NCBI RefSeq assembly: GCF_902713615.1
Contig: NC_052151.1
Location: 203,765,974 to 203,829,973, forward strand
Origin: Scyliorhinus canicula
Taxonomy: Eukaryota
Length of the DNA: 64,000 nt
Direction of reading: 5' to 3'
Part shown: in pieces, positions 34,462-45,419 of the stretch
Layout: each line of letters starts with the position of its first letter
How positions within the stretch are numbered: the stretch's first letter is position 1
The notes under the pieces: generated by a model
What the model saw: only the letters and a program-made list of their open reading frames with translations
Told to the model about the DNA's origin: nothing
Database searches by the model: none
Program-made: the position numbers and the translations under genes

Positions 34462-36260
34462 TCCTCCCATCCCAGAAATTAGTCTGGTGAGCCTTCGCTG
34501 GACACCCTCAATAGCAAGAATGCCCTTCCTCGAATTAGAAGACCACATATTGACACAATATTCAAGCTGTGGCCTCACCAAGGCCCTATATAATTGCAGC
34601 AAACGTTACTACTTCGATACTCAAATCGACTCGCTATGAAGGTCCGCATGCCATTAGCTTTCCTCACTGCCTGCTATGCCTGCATGTCAACCATCAGCGA
34701 CTGTTCCACCATGACACCCAGGTCTCGTTGCACTTACCCTTTTCTCAAACTGCCACTATTCAAGTAATAATCTGCATTCCTACTTTTGCCACCAAAGTTG
34801 ATAACTTCACAGTTACCTACATTTTATTGCATTTCCCAAGTATTTTCCAACTCGGCCAGCCTGTCCAAGTCATCCTGCAGCGTCTTTGCAGACTCCTCAG
34901 CGCACACCGCCGTCAAGCTTAGAGCCGTCTGCAAATTTTAGATATTGCATGGACTTCCTTCGTCCAAATCATATATTGTGAACAGCTAAGGTCCCAGCAT
35001 TGAATCATGCGGTACCCCACTAGTCACTGTTTGCCACTCTCAAAATGACCCGTTTATTCCCACTCTGCTTCCTGTCTGCCAACCGGTTCTATATCCACGT
35101 CAAAACATTACCCCCAATATCGTGGGCTTTAATTTTGTTGACGAATCTCTTATGTGGTACCTTGTCATAAGTCTTTTGAAAGTCCAGCTACACAACATTC
35201 ACCCTTGTCCACTCTCCTGGTCACATCCTCAAGAATTCCCAGAAGATTTGTCAGAAGCATGATTCCCCTTTAGTAAATCCATGCTATTTTGGACCAATCC
35301 TGTCTCCGCTTTCCAATGCTGTATTATTTCGTCCTTAATAATTCACTCCCGCATTTCCCCACCACTGATGTTAGACTACCCCCATCTTTAAAAAAAGAGG
35401 GGTACATTAGCTACCCTCCAATCTAATGGAATTCTTCCAGAGTCTATATAATGCTGGAAAGTGATGACCAATGCGTCCACTATTTCTAGGGCCAATTCCT
35501 TAAATATTGTGGGATGCAGAGTATGAGCCCCTGGGGACCCTCGTGTTTTGATCCCATCAATTGTCCAAATACATTTTCCTGACTAATGAGGATTTCTTTC
35601 AGTTCGTCCTTCATGCTAGACCCTCTGAACCATAGCATTTCTGGAATGTTGTTTGTTTCCTCCTTAGTGAAGACAGATCCAAAGTAATTGTTCAAATTAT
35701 CTGCCATGTCTGTGTTTCAGTCCATCTGATTCTAACTGCAAGGGACCTACATTTCTCGTTGCCAGTCATTTTCTCTTCACATATCTATAGGAGGTTTTGA
35801 AGTCACTTTTTATTTTTTATGCAAGCTTACTCTCGTATTTTATTTCCCCCTTCCGAATTAAACCCTTTGTCTTCATCAGCTGAATTTTAAATTTATCCCA
35901 GTCTTCAGTCTTGCAGCTTTTTATGTCCAAATTATGTGCCTCCTGTTTGGCTTTAACACAATCCCCGATTCCCCTTGCTATCCATGGTTGAGCCGCCTTC
36001 CTCGTCTAACTCTTGCGCCAGACAGAGATGTATAATTCCTGAAGGTCATCCATATATTATTTAAATGTTTGCCATTGCCTCTCCACGATCAACCTTTGAC
36101 AGCTTCTCTTAGCCAATTTACAGGTTTCATACTATCAAAGATAGCTTTCTTTAAATTCAGGGCCCTAATCTCAGACTTACCTCTTCCTTTTAATGAAGAA
36201 TTCTGTAATATCATGGTCACTCTTTCCTGAAGGATCTCGCACCACAATTAATCCTCTCTC
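34462..36260 (-). mobile_element. Decayed CR1 ORF2
   Basis: MLQLYRALVRPQLEYCV...EGVQRRLTRLISGM; MADNLNNYFGSVFTKE; 3' end truncated at the MULE TIR. Confidence 0.85.
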
Positions 36261-36269
36261 ATTGCACCA

Positions 36270-38370
36270 TTCAAACCATACATTGTGGAAGACGTCAAAA
36301 CTGGTGAAATAACACCTTGATGGAGCAGATGGGGGCATGTAAATCTATTCAGGTGCCCAACCCCCAGGGGAGAAAGAGTTCACCTCCTTTTCTCACGTAC
36401 ACTAGGTGTACACACACAGTGACTTCTTTGTAGTGGGGAAAGCGGTGCTTCCAGGGATAATAGGAGCAGAATCATAATCTCAGATTACGCTCATGGATAT
36501 GAGGTTGCAGTTGGGCCGTCCCCAACAGTCCCATGAAGGTTGGACATGGTTCGCCTTGCCGATAAGGCATTTTGTGAGAAAATATCAAAGGCCATAGACG
36601 AGTATATTTCCGACAACCGGAATGGGAATGTCTCACACTCCACTTTCTGGGACATGCTGAATGCAGTGATCAAAACTGAAATTGTAGCCTACAAATCACG
36701 TAGAGACAGATAGGAGAAAGTGTCTCGGCAACAGTTGATCGACTTCAGATGGAGGTCGACTGCTAATACTCTGTTGCCCCAACCATAGAGCTTCTGGCAG
36801 AGAGCTAAAAGCAACAAATGGACTTTGATCTGCTCTCTGCTCGGCAGGCAATGCACCCACTGTGTCAGACACGGGGGTATATTACGAACACGGAGACAAA
36901 GTTAACCGTCTGCTGACTCACTAGCTGAGAAAACAGGCAGCTACGGGGGAAATAGCTCAGATTAGGGACAACAATTACAGGCTAGTAAGAGCCTAAAAAG
37001 TCAATAAATCATTTGAGGCCTTCTTCGGGGGATCCAAGGGCCCCTGAAGAAAATTTGAGGATGAAGCAGTTCCGCAATGCACTGGGCATGCCAGTCGTGT
37101 GGGAGAATAGAAAACCGTGTCTGAAACACCAATAGAACGGAGAAAGTCATGGAGAGTATCAACAACATGCAGATGTGGTAGGCCCCGGGACCAGACGTAG
37201 TTCCGGCGGACTTTCACAAAAACATTGTGGCAGGACTGGCCCCGCACCTGCGCAAGACGTGCACAGTCGTCGCTAACAAGAGGCACACTGCCACCAAAGC
37301 GAGAAATAGTCTCAACCTCACTCATACCCAAGAAAGACAAGGGACCGACTGATTGTGGGTATGACAGTCCCATTTTCCTTCTCAATGTAAACGAGCAAAA
37401 ATTCTGGCTAAAGTATTGGCCATACGATTGGGAAACTGCATGCCAGAGGTGGTCGCAGATGATCAGCCGGACTTTGTTATGGGTAGACAGCGAACATCGA
37501 ACATCAGGTGCGTCCATGATAATGACCCCACCAGGGGAGAGAACATAGGCAATTATCTCCCTGCACACAGAAATGTACTTCAACTGTGTCAAATCGATGT
37601 ACTTCATTGAGGTACGGGAACGGTTTTGGCACAGTTTGGGCAGGGTTCACACCCTGGTGAAACACTACAGCACTTCCATGGCGAGTATGCAGACCAACAC
37701 CACCATCTCTAAATACTTCCAGCTGCTCAGGGGTACAAGGCAGCGATGCCCAGTATCCTCACTCCTATTTGCCCTGGCGATCGAACCACTGTGATCGCCC
37801 TCAGAGCGGCAAAAATTTGAAAGGGGATCCAGAGAGGGGTCAGAGGGCACAAAGTCTCACGCTATCCGGATGACGTCCTCCTCTATGTCTCGGACCGCCA
37901 AAGCAGCATGGAGCGGATTATGACGCCCCTTAAATTGTTTGGAGCCTTCTCGGGCTGCAAAATCAACTTGACCAAAACTGAAATCTCCCTCGTGAATGCG
38001 CAAGGGAGAACAGCAGAACTGGAGGGACTACCATTTAAAGAACCCCAAAATAAATGTCACTACCTGGGGATCCAAAGTGCCCGTGACTGGACATGGATCC
38101 ACAAATGGAACCTGACTAGTCTGGTGGTGGAGGTAAAGAAGGACCTGCAGAGGTGGGACACACTCGTACTCTCCCTGCCGGGGAGGGTACAGAGTATCAA
38201 GATGAATGTACTGCCCAGGTCCTGCTTCCTGTTCAGATCCATACCGATCGACATCCCCAAGACCTTTTTTAACACAATAGCTAATATGAACATGGCGTTT
38301 GCCCGTGTGTGTGTGCGGAAGGGGGTAATTAATTTCGATACAAAATTTTATGCTAAATTTTGTCCTGATT
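36270..38370 (+). mobile_element. L1/Tx1 ORF2 fragment (endonuclease end + RT), decayed
   Basis: SDYA(H), SLIPKKDK, GTRQRCP.S.LLFALAIEPL, YPDD, YLGI, KMNVLPR. Confidence 0.85.
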
Positions 38371-38419
38371 AACCTGAAGAGGTTTTTCGAAAAATATTTT
38401 TGGTGACTGGCTTGAGATT

Positions 38420-38605
38420 CGCTGTAAGTGCTTTTAAGGCAGAGATAGATCGGGTTTTGACCAGTACGGGGATCAGGGGTTATGGGGGAGAATGCATGAG
38501 AATGGGGATGAGAAAAATATCAGCCTTGATTGAATGGCTGAGCAGACTCGATGGACCGAGTAGCCTAATTCTGCTCCTTTGTTTTATGGACATATGGTCT
38601 TATGA
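38420..38605 (+). mobile_element. CR1 3' end
   Basis: FKAEIDRVL..GIRGYG plus 3'UTR and TATGGTCTTATG tail. Confidence 0.75.
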
Positions 38606-39363
38606 ATGAGGCTGAGCTGCACTCGCGTTTGTTCAGCACTGAGCTCGCTTCCATAAGGACGATACTGTGCACTGCACTATAAGAGAGGCGATATTTCAAG
38701 AAATGCGTCATTAGCTTTAAAACCATTTTGTGATGCGCAATATTCCAATCGCGCGAAATGAATGAAATTTATTCTACATCTTAATTCCTATAGTTGAGAA
38801 TAAGATACATGGTTCTGAATTTTATTAAACTATTACGACTTTTCTTCTATTTATTGAATAGGATCTGTATTATTTTTGGAGATCCACGTCAAGTTCCTGC
38901 TACTTCCCTCAGAAAAGTTTGAACAAGATGGTTAAATTACAGAAAAGTCAATAGACAATGTCATAAGTGAACACTTATCAACACATGAGAAGGAACCAAT
39001 TGTTACCGACGTTTTTGCGAAGGAAGAATCGAACATCTGTGATAAGCAAAAGGGCCATTAAACAAACCAGAACTTCAAAGAGCAGAGATAGTACGAGAGT
39101 GAGAGGAAGTCTGACCAAATACAAAGACTCGTGTGAAAGGAGCTCCAGACCCAAGGAGTAGGTGGGACCTGCTTGAATCCGGATTAATGCAAAGTTCCTG
39201 TCTTCACCGAGAATCATCAGATTTCAACTCATTACTGCCTTCATTTTGGGCGCTCAATTTATTCCAATTGCTGAATAAATTGCTTCAAAAGCCAAAAACC
39301 ATCTTAATATCAATTATATCTGAGAATCAGGATCATTAAAATACCGGTGGAAGAACTATAAAA

Positions 39364-40125
39364 ATGTTGGATCAGTATGTTTGCTGGAGAATGAAAGGAC
39401 TATATTTAGTGAGCGGACTCTCTTTGACTTTTCTTTGTGGATATTTTAGTTGGAGGGATAATTCATTCGAAAACTATTGGAAACCAGTTAAACTAAACTA
39501 TGCTGTGCGATATGAACCCTTAGACCTGGCAGAAAATAACTCGAGTTGTTGGAAGATTATTAGTGGTGACCCAGAATCCATTGGAGAAGCTCATTTAAAG
39601 TCGATCACAATCGCAAACAAACCTAACGTCTTCACCGAAACCGATTATTTAACAATGACCCGAGACTGTCACCATTTCATTAAAAATCGCAAATATATCA
39701 CTTTTCCCTTAAGTACGGAGGAACGTGACTTCCCACTCGCCTATTCTATGGTGATTCATGCCAACATTGAGATGTTTGAGAGGCTCCTGAGAAGCATTTA
39801 TGCTCCACAGAATGTGTATTGTGTCCATGTGGACAGGAAGTCTCCAAAGCCATTTCACTCGGCTGTCCAGGCCGTCGCTTCCTGTTTCAATAATGTCTTT
39901 ATTTCCCAAAAATCAGAATCGGTGATATATGCCTCATGGTCCCGAGTTCAGGCCGACCTTAACTGCATGGAAGAACTGCTACAGAGCCCTGTTCCCTGGA
40001 GATACCTCATCAATGTCTGCGGACAAGACTTTCCAACCAGAACAAACAAGGAGATAGTCAACAGTCTCATGGCCATGAACGGCTCAAATATTATGGACTC
40101 AGTAGCTCCACCGAATTTCAAAAAG
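39364..40125 (+). CDS. GCNT3: GCNT3-like core 2/core 4 beta-1,6-N-acetylglucosaminyltransferase (GT14), coding exon 1
   Basis: N-terminal TM anchor; FPLAYSMVIH, FERLLRSIYAPQNVYCVHVD, YASWSRVQADLNCM, WRYLINVCGQDFP; ends at a phase-0 donor AAG|GTAAAT. May be a paralog rather than the strict ortholog. Confidence 0.93.
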
Positions 40126-40163
40126 GTAAATGTCTGAGCTCACGTGATGCATCTATTCATTGT

Positions 40164-40377
40164 NNNNNNNNNNNNNNNNNNNNNNNNNNNNNNNNNNNNN
40201 NNNNNNNNNNNNNNNNNNNNNNNNNNNNNNNNNNNNNNNNNNNNNNNNNNNNNNNNNNNNNNNNNNNNNNNNNNNNNNNNNNNNNNNNNNNNNNNNNNNN
40301 NNNNNNNNNNNNNNNNNNNNNNNNNNNNNNNNNNNNNNNNNNNNNNNNNNNNNNNNNNNNNNNNNNNNNNNNNNNNN
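40164..40377. other. Assembly gap (214 N)
   Basis: Run of N inside the GCNT intron, next to a microsatellite. Confidence 1.
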
Positions 40378-40630
40378 CTCCATCCGTCATTCCATACATG
40401 CTTCCTTTCGTCCTTCCTTTCCTCAATCCACACAATACTCCCTCCCTCCATCTATCCACCCATTCATCCATCTGATTCGTCCATCTGCCCAGCTATCCGT
40501 TCTTCCGTCCATTTATCCATGCAGCCATCCATCCACTTATCCATCCATCCGTCCATCCATTCATCCATCCAATCACCCATCCATCTCTCTCTGCATATCT
40601 GACGCCCTCCCTCTCTCCCTTCTTCTCTCT
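40378..40630. repeat. Degenerate (TCCA)n / (TC)n microsatellite
   Basis: CATCCATCCATC repeats. Confidence 0.9.
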
Positions 40631-40819
40631 TACAAAGGTAGCCTGTTTAGATTTGACCGAGATATCACAGCTTTTTGATCATACGAATTCGTTTAAGTAT
40701 TGGAAGAACCTCCTTGCAGGATTTGGTAGTAGTTAAATGTAGCAAAAAATAATTGACTATAAGTTTGAAGTGGAGGATTATTGAAAGGTGCTGGTCGTCT
40801 GGCTTCAGTTGTGTTAGCA

Positions 40820-41110
40820 CATAGAAAATAGCAGCAGAAATAGACGACATGCCCCATCGAGCCTGCTCAATTATTCAATATGGCCGTGGCTTATTCTGGT
40901 ATTCAAATCCATCTTATCGCCCCTCTCCATTTCCCATTGTTCCCAGATAGACAAACAATCTGCCTATGCCAGCCTTAAATATATTCAGTGATGGGGCATC
41001 CATAGCCCTCGGGGTAGCGAATCCCAAATATTTCAAACTCTCTGAGTGAAGCCACTTCTCGTCATTGCATTCCTAAATGATCAGACCTTATCCTGAACCT
41101 GTGTCTCCTG
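40820..41110 (-). mobile_element. Old CR1 3' fragment in the GCNT intron
   Basis: AGCAGAAATAGAC...CCATCGAGCCTGCTC 3'UTR motif and CTCTCTGAGTGAAG. Confidence 0.7.
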
Positions 41111-41832
41111 TGCTTTACTAGCCTATTAAGTGCTGTCTGTAGATCCACGTATTCCATATCCGCCGATTCCTTTTATTCACTGCACTCGGTATATCCTCAA
41201 AACCGCAATAAATGAGTCAAATAGGCTTCACCTTTATAAATGTACGTTCGCATGTTCATGTTCTAGGCGTCCTTTGTAGTACGTTTCAGCACTTTCCTCA
41301 AAGCAGCACAAGAATTCTCAAACTATCTCCTTCAAGTGGTTTTACCGTACTTTCACTGTATTTTCCTGACTTACATATGGGGTACGATCACTGGATTCCT
41401 CAGAATTGGGGTCATTTAATATGGACACAAGAGCAGGTCAGTTACCGTGTTGTTAGCTGCTTCCAGACAAGTAAAGACTAGGGAAGGTAAACGTTATTGT
41501 CTATTACTTGTTTATAAGCACATGCCTTCCAATTATGGCGGATAACTGGCTTATTTTATTTCAGTCTAATTGTGAGGATCGGTTCTGTGCTTACCTCGAA
41601 GACACCTCTTCTATCATTGTTCTTGAATCAGCCATTACTGACAGTGCGATGTGCCACCGTCTTGTTGTTTCTCTATAATTCCACTTTCGGCTCTTCTGCA
41701 CATCAATATGAACTACGCATATTTCTCATCAACAAATAAAGTAGATAAAATACAAAGTAGCTGAGACAATGGGACTTTATAGTTATCGTTGCCAGTCCTG
41801 ATGTGTTAGCACAATGAAGATTCAATTGGGAA

Positions 41833-42510
41833 ATAAGAACATAAGAACATAAGAACTAGGAGCAGGAGTAGGCCATCTGGCCCCTCGAGCCTGCTCCGCC
41901 ATTCAATGAGATCATGGCTGATCTTTTGTGGACTCAGCTCCACTTTCCGGCCCGAACACCATAACCCTTAATCCCTTTATTCTTCAAAAAACTATCTATC
42001 TTTACCTTAAAAACATGTAATGAAGGAGCCTCAACTGCTTCACTGGGCAAGGAATTCCATAGATTCACAACCCTTTGGGTGAAGAAGTTCCTCCTAAACT
42101 CAGTCCTAAATCTACTTCCCCTTATTTTGAGGCTATGCCCCTAGTTCTGCTGTCACCCGCCAGTGGAAACAACCTGCCCGCATCTATCCTATCTATTCCC
42201 TTCATAATTTTAAATGTTTCTATAAGATCCCCCCTCATCCTTCTAAATTCCAACGAGTACAGTCCCAGTCTACTCAACCTCTCCTCATAATCCAACCCCT
42301 TCAGCTCTGGGATTAACCTAGTGAATCTCCTCTGCACACCCTCCAGCGCCAGTACGTCCTTTCTCAAGTAAGGAGACCAAAACTGAACACAATACTCCAG
42401 GTGTGGCCGCACTAACACCTTATACAATTGCAACATAACCTCCCTAGTCTTAAACTCCATCCCTCTAGCAATGAAGGACAAAATTCCATTTGCCTTCTTA
42501 ATCACCTGTT
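41833..42510 (-). mobile_element. Very young CR1 3' fragment in the GCNT intron
   Basis: Near-identical to 7372-8058 (about five differences by eye); TAAGAACA tail. Confidence 0.96.
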
Positions 42511-42533
42511 TTACCCTTTGTGGTCTCTTTCAG

Positions 42534-43073
42534 AGTCGATGGGAATTTCATCATGATGTACGCCGAGGTGTTGTCCGAACAGGTCGAAAGAAAAGCCCCC
42601 CACCCATAAGCAGCCCCATGTACGTGGGAGGTGCATATATTCTTGTCACTAGAAAATTCGTGAGTGCTCTCTTTACAAACAAGGAAACTCAGGCGTTTTT
42701 CAAGTGGTCCGAGGACACCTACAGCCCAGACGAACACATCTGGGCAACGCTGCAGAGGATGCCTGAGATGCCAGGCTCCACACCGTACACTCCAGGGCAC
42801 TACAAGAGTGACCCGGTTGTTACCCGAGCAGTCAAATGGTCTTTTGAGGCTGGTGATGTAGCGAAAGGAGCACCATACCCGCCTTGCACAGGAAGGTACC
42901 GCCATCTACTCTGTGTTTATGGATCTGGAGACCTACACTGGATTGTCCAACAGGAACGCCTGTTCGCAAATAAGTTCGATCCACAATGGGATAACACAGC
43001 TGTGCAATGCATGGAGGAATATGTCCGATCCAAAGTGATTAATGAAACACGATTTCAGAATCCGTCGGTATAA
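42534..43073 (+). CDS. GCNT3: GCNT3-like, coding exon 2 (spliced product 433 aa)
   Basis: Acceptor TTACCCTTTGTGGTCTCTTTCAG|AGT CGA TGG (phase 0); GGAY, DTYSPDEHIWATLQR, RAVKW, YPPCTG, CVYGSGDL, FANKFD motifs. Confidence 0.93.
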   Translation, partial: SRWEFHHDVRRGVVRTGRKKSPPPISSPMYVGGAYILVTRKFVSALFTNKETQAFFKWSEDTYSPDEHIWATLQRMPEMPGSTPYTPGHYKSDPVVTRAVKWSFEAGDVAKGAPYPPCTGRYRHLLCVYGSGDLHWIVQQERLFANKFDPQWDNTAVQCMEEYVRSKVINETRFQNPSV

Positions 43074-44040
43074 ATGAAGCCGAGGCAGCAAAAAGACCAA
43101 ATGAAGATTGTTGAATGAAGAAATCTTCTGAATAATAATGCAGGATCATGTTCACGTACGATCTTAAAAAAAGCAAAACAAATGATATGTTACTAGCTCC
43201 ACCGCATTAAAAATCCTATACCTCTCTTCCTGACAGCAGGCTTGGTGTCGCTAAATCACATGGACTGCAACTATTGAAGAAGCCAGCGCACCACCACGTT
43301 TTCACCAGTAATGAGCGATAGGTAGTAAATGCTGCCCTAATCGGAGGCGCACACTTCCCCTGACGAAAGGTGTTTTAAAGCTGGAGTATTCTTCTCAGTT
43401 CCACTGCCGAGGTGGAGGCATCATTTATTGAAAGCGGGGCAATTCCCATTTGTTGAATTATTCGATTCAATTCTTTAATTCCGAACTAAACCACCAGAAA
43501 TTAATATATTGACCATCAAACCAATTCAAAATCTGCTTCAGCCTATAAATTCGCAAGGGACATGGAACAGAAAACAGTTATACAGACGAACCTGCAAATT
43601 CTCGGCAAGCCTAAAGTAAAAGATATACATGTTCTTAATCCATATTCTCAATATTAATACAACAGTAAATATGTAGTCAACGTCCTGTTATGTAATTCAT
43701 GTTCTGTTTATGTTTTAAGGTGATTTTTATGCATTTATATAATGCTGGTCAAGAATTAGAGTTTTCTTGTGATAAATATGGAAACCCAATTTGGTTTGAC
43801 AATTGACTATAATTATATCTCCCCTGAGCATAACCTGAGTATTCCGTCTTCTGGTCATTTCCTATCGGAAAGTCACTGCTCATGTATCTCTTTCTTTGTC
43901 TTTCTCTCCCCCGGGAGGACGACTTCACTCTCTCACGCAAATACAAAGCAACAATCTGCGTGGATTTATATTTCACAACCGTCAGAAACGTTTTGCTGAT
44001 AATTATGAGCATTTAGATTGATTATGAATAGTTATATGGA

Positions 44041-44046
44041 AATAAA
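44041..44046 (+). terminator. Candidate polyadenylation signal of the GCNT3-like gene
   Basis: AATAAA after an AT-rich putative 3'UTR of about 1 kb. Confidence 0.45.
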
Positions 44047-44069
44047 TACACAGTTAATACGCATAAAGT

Positions 44070-44372
44070 TTAGAATTTACAGTGCAGAAGGCATCAACTC
44101 TGCACCGCCCACCACCCTTCCGGAAAGAACACCATACACAAGCCCCACGCCTCCACCCTATTCCCGTAACCCAACCTAACCTTTGCACACTAAGGGGCAA
44201 CTTAGATGGACCAATCCACCTAACCTGCACATCTTTGGACTGTGGGAGGCAACCGGAGCACCCGGAGGAAACCCACGCAGACACGGGGAGAACGTGCAGA
44301 CTCCATACAGACAGAACCCGGGACCCTGGAGCTGTGAGGCAGCAGTGCTAACCACTGTGCCACCGTGCCCAC
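44070..44372 (-). mobile_element. HE1-type SINE
   Basis: Head, V-domain and tail all recognisable. Confidence 0.88.
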
Positions 44373-45041
44373 CCACAGCTACGTAAAAGCTACAAGAATA
44401 CAACACTTTCTGTGCGAAAATAAGGGTCAAACATATATGTTGTGAATCGTAGAACAGCGGAAGTGAGTCACCAAGAGTGTCCAGTGTGCAGACTCACGAG
44501 TTTCATCATCAATATATTTTACCGTCAAGCGACAAGATATTATTTCAACGCTAGATCTACCGATTCACTGAAATATCATTATATGGTTAACTCAATTTCA
44601 CTTATCGTGTCATATGACTTCTTCCTCTATCGTTGTTTCCAATATAGTGCAGATTCTAATATTTGGTTTTGGGATTTGATCGCTGCCACGGCTGGCATGT
44701 ATTACGTTGTTGATTGCCTGTGAGATTCCGTGAAGCTTCTTCCGGAACACATGCAACCGATCTTGTGTAGTGACAAGCATTGAGGACATTTCAGGATGTT
44801 TGAGCGTGAATGAAGCAGGAAGTTTTCCGGTCAGAGTGGTGCTTGACTCAGAGAGGATCCAGAAGCTTCTAGATTTAACATGGCTCTTTTCTGTTTCCCA
44901 TTTGCTAACTGGTATGCGTTGTATTTTTGGCAAATTCGGTCGAATTAATATTGTGTTTAATATTGTGAATAATATAATATTAATTTTGTGCAAAGCGTTA
45001 AGTCCTGCAACTTTGTACGATGGTGGAGGTCGTAAATTGTT

Positions 45042-45375
45042 ACAGTAAGAAGTTTTACAACATCAGGTTAAAGTCCAACAGGTTTATTTGGAATCATTAC
45101 CTTGCAGAGCGTAACTCCTTCATCAGGTGAGGGAAGAGGGAGATTACACAAACACATCATATTAAGACAAAGTCAATGATGCAAGATTCTACTTTGAATG
45201 CGAGTCTTTGCAAGTAATTAAGTCAAAAACATGTTGTCACATCATGGCTACCACCGACACCCCAAACTGCCCGTTCAAAGTGGAGAGGGTCTCTAAGAAG
45301 ATCGGGCATATAGATACTGGCATTAGGTTTAATACTTAATTATCTGCAAATACTCGCATTCAAAGTATGATCTAC
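45042..45375 (+). mobile_element. Older Penelope-like element remnant with inverted pLTR parts
   Basis: ACAGTAAGAAGTTTTACAACATCAGGTTAAAGTCCAACAGG matches the 22262 pLTR; inverted arms 45191-45223 / 45334-45366; ORF start MATTDTPNC..KVERVSKKI at 45244. Confidence 0.75.
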
Positions 45376-45419
45376 CTGTAAAGGTAATATTTGGGAGTAA
45401 TAAATCCATATAACCCTCG

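Noticed and set aside
40140-40678. Long ORFs across the N run
   Set aside because: Artefacts of the assembly gap and microsatellite.
42471-42533. N-terminus MKDKIPFAFLITC of the 200-aa ORF as a separate gene
   Set aside because: Antisense CR1 plus polypyrimidine tract; true homology starts at the acceptor at 42534.
44610-45048. Overlapping 127-aa and 92-aa ORFs
   Set aside because: No family motifs or convincing splice sites.
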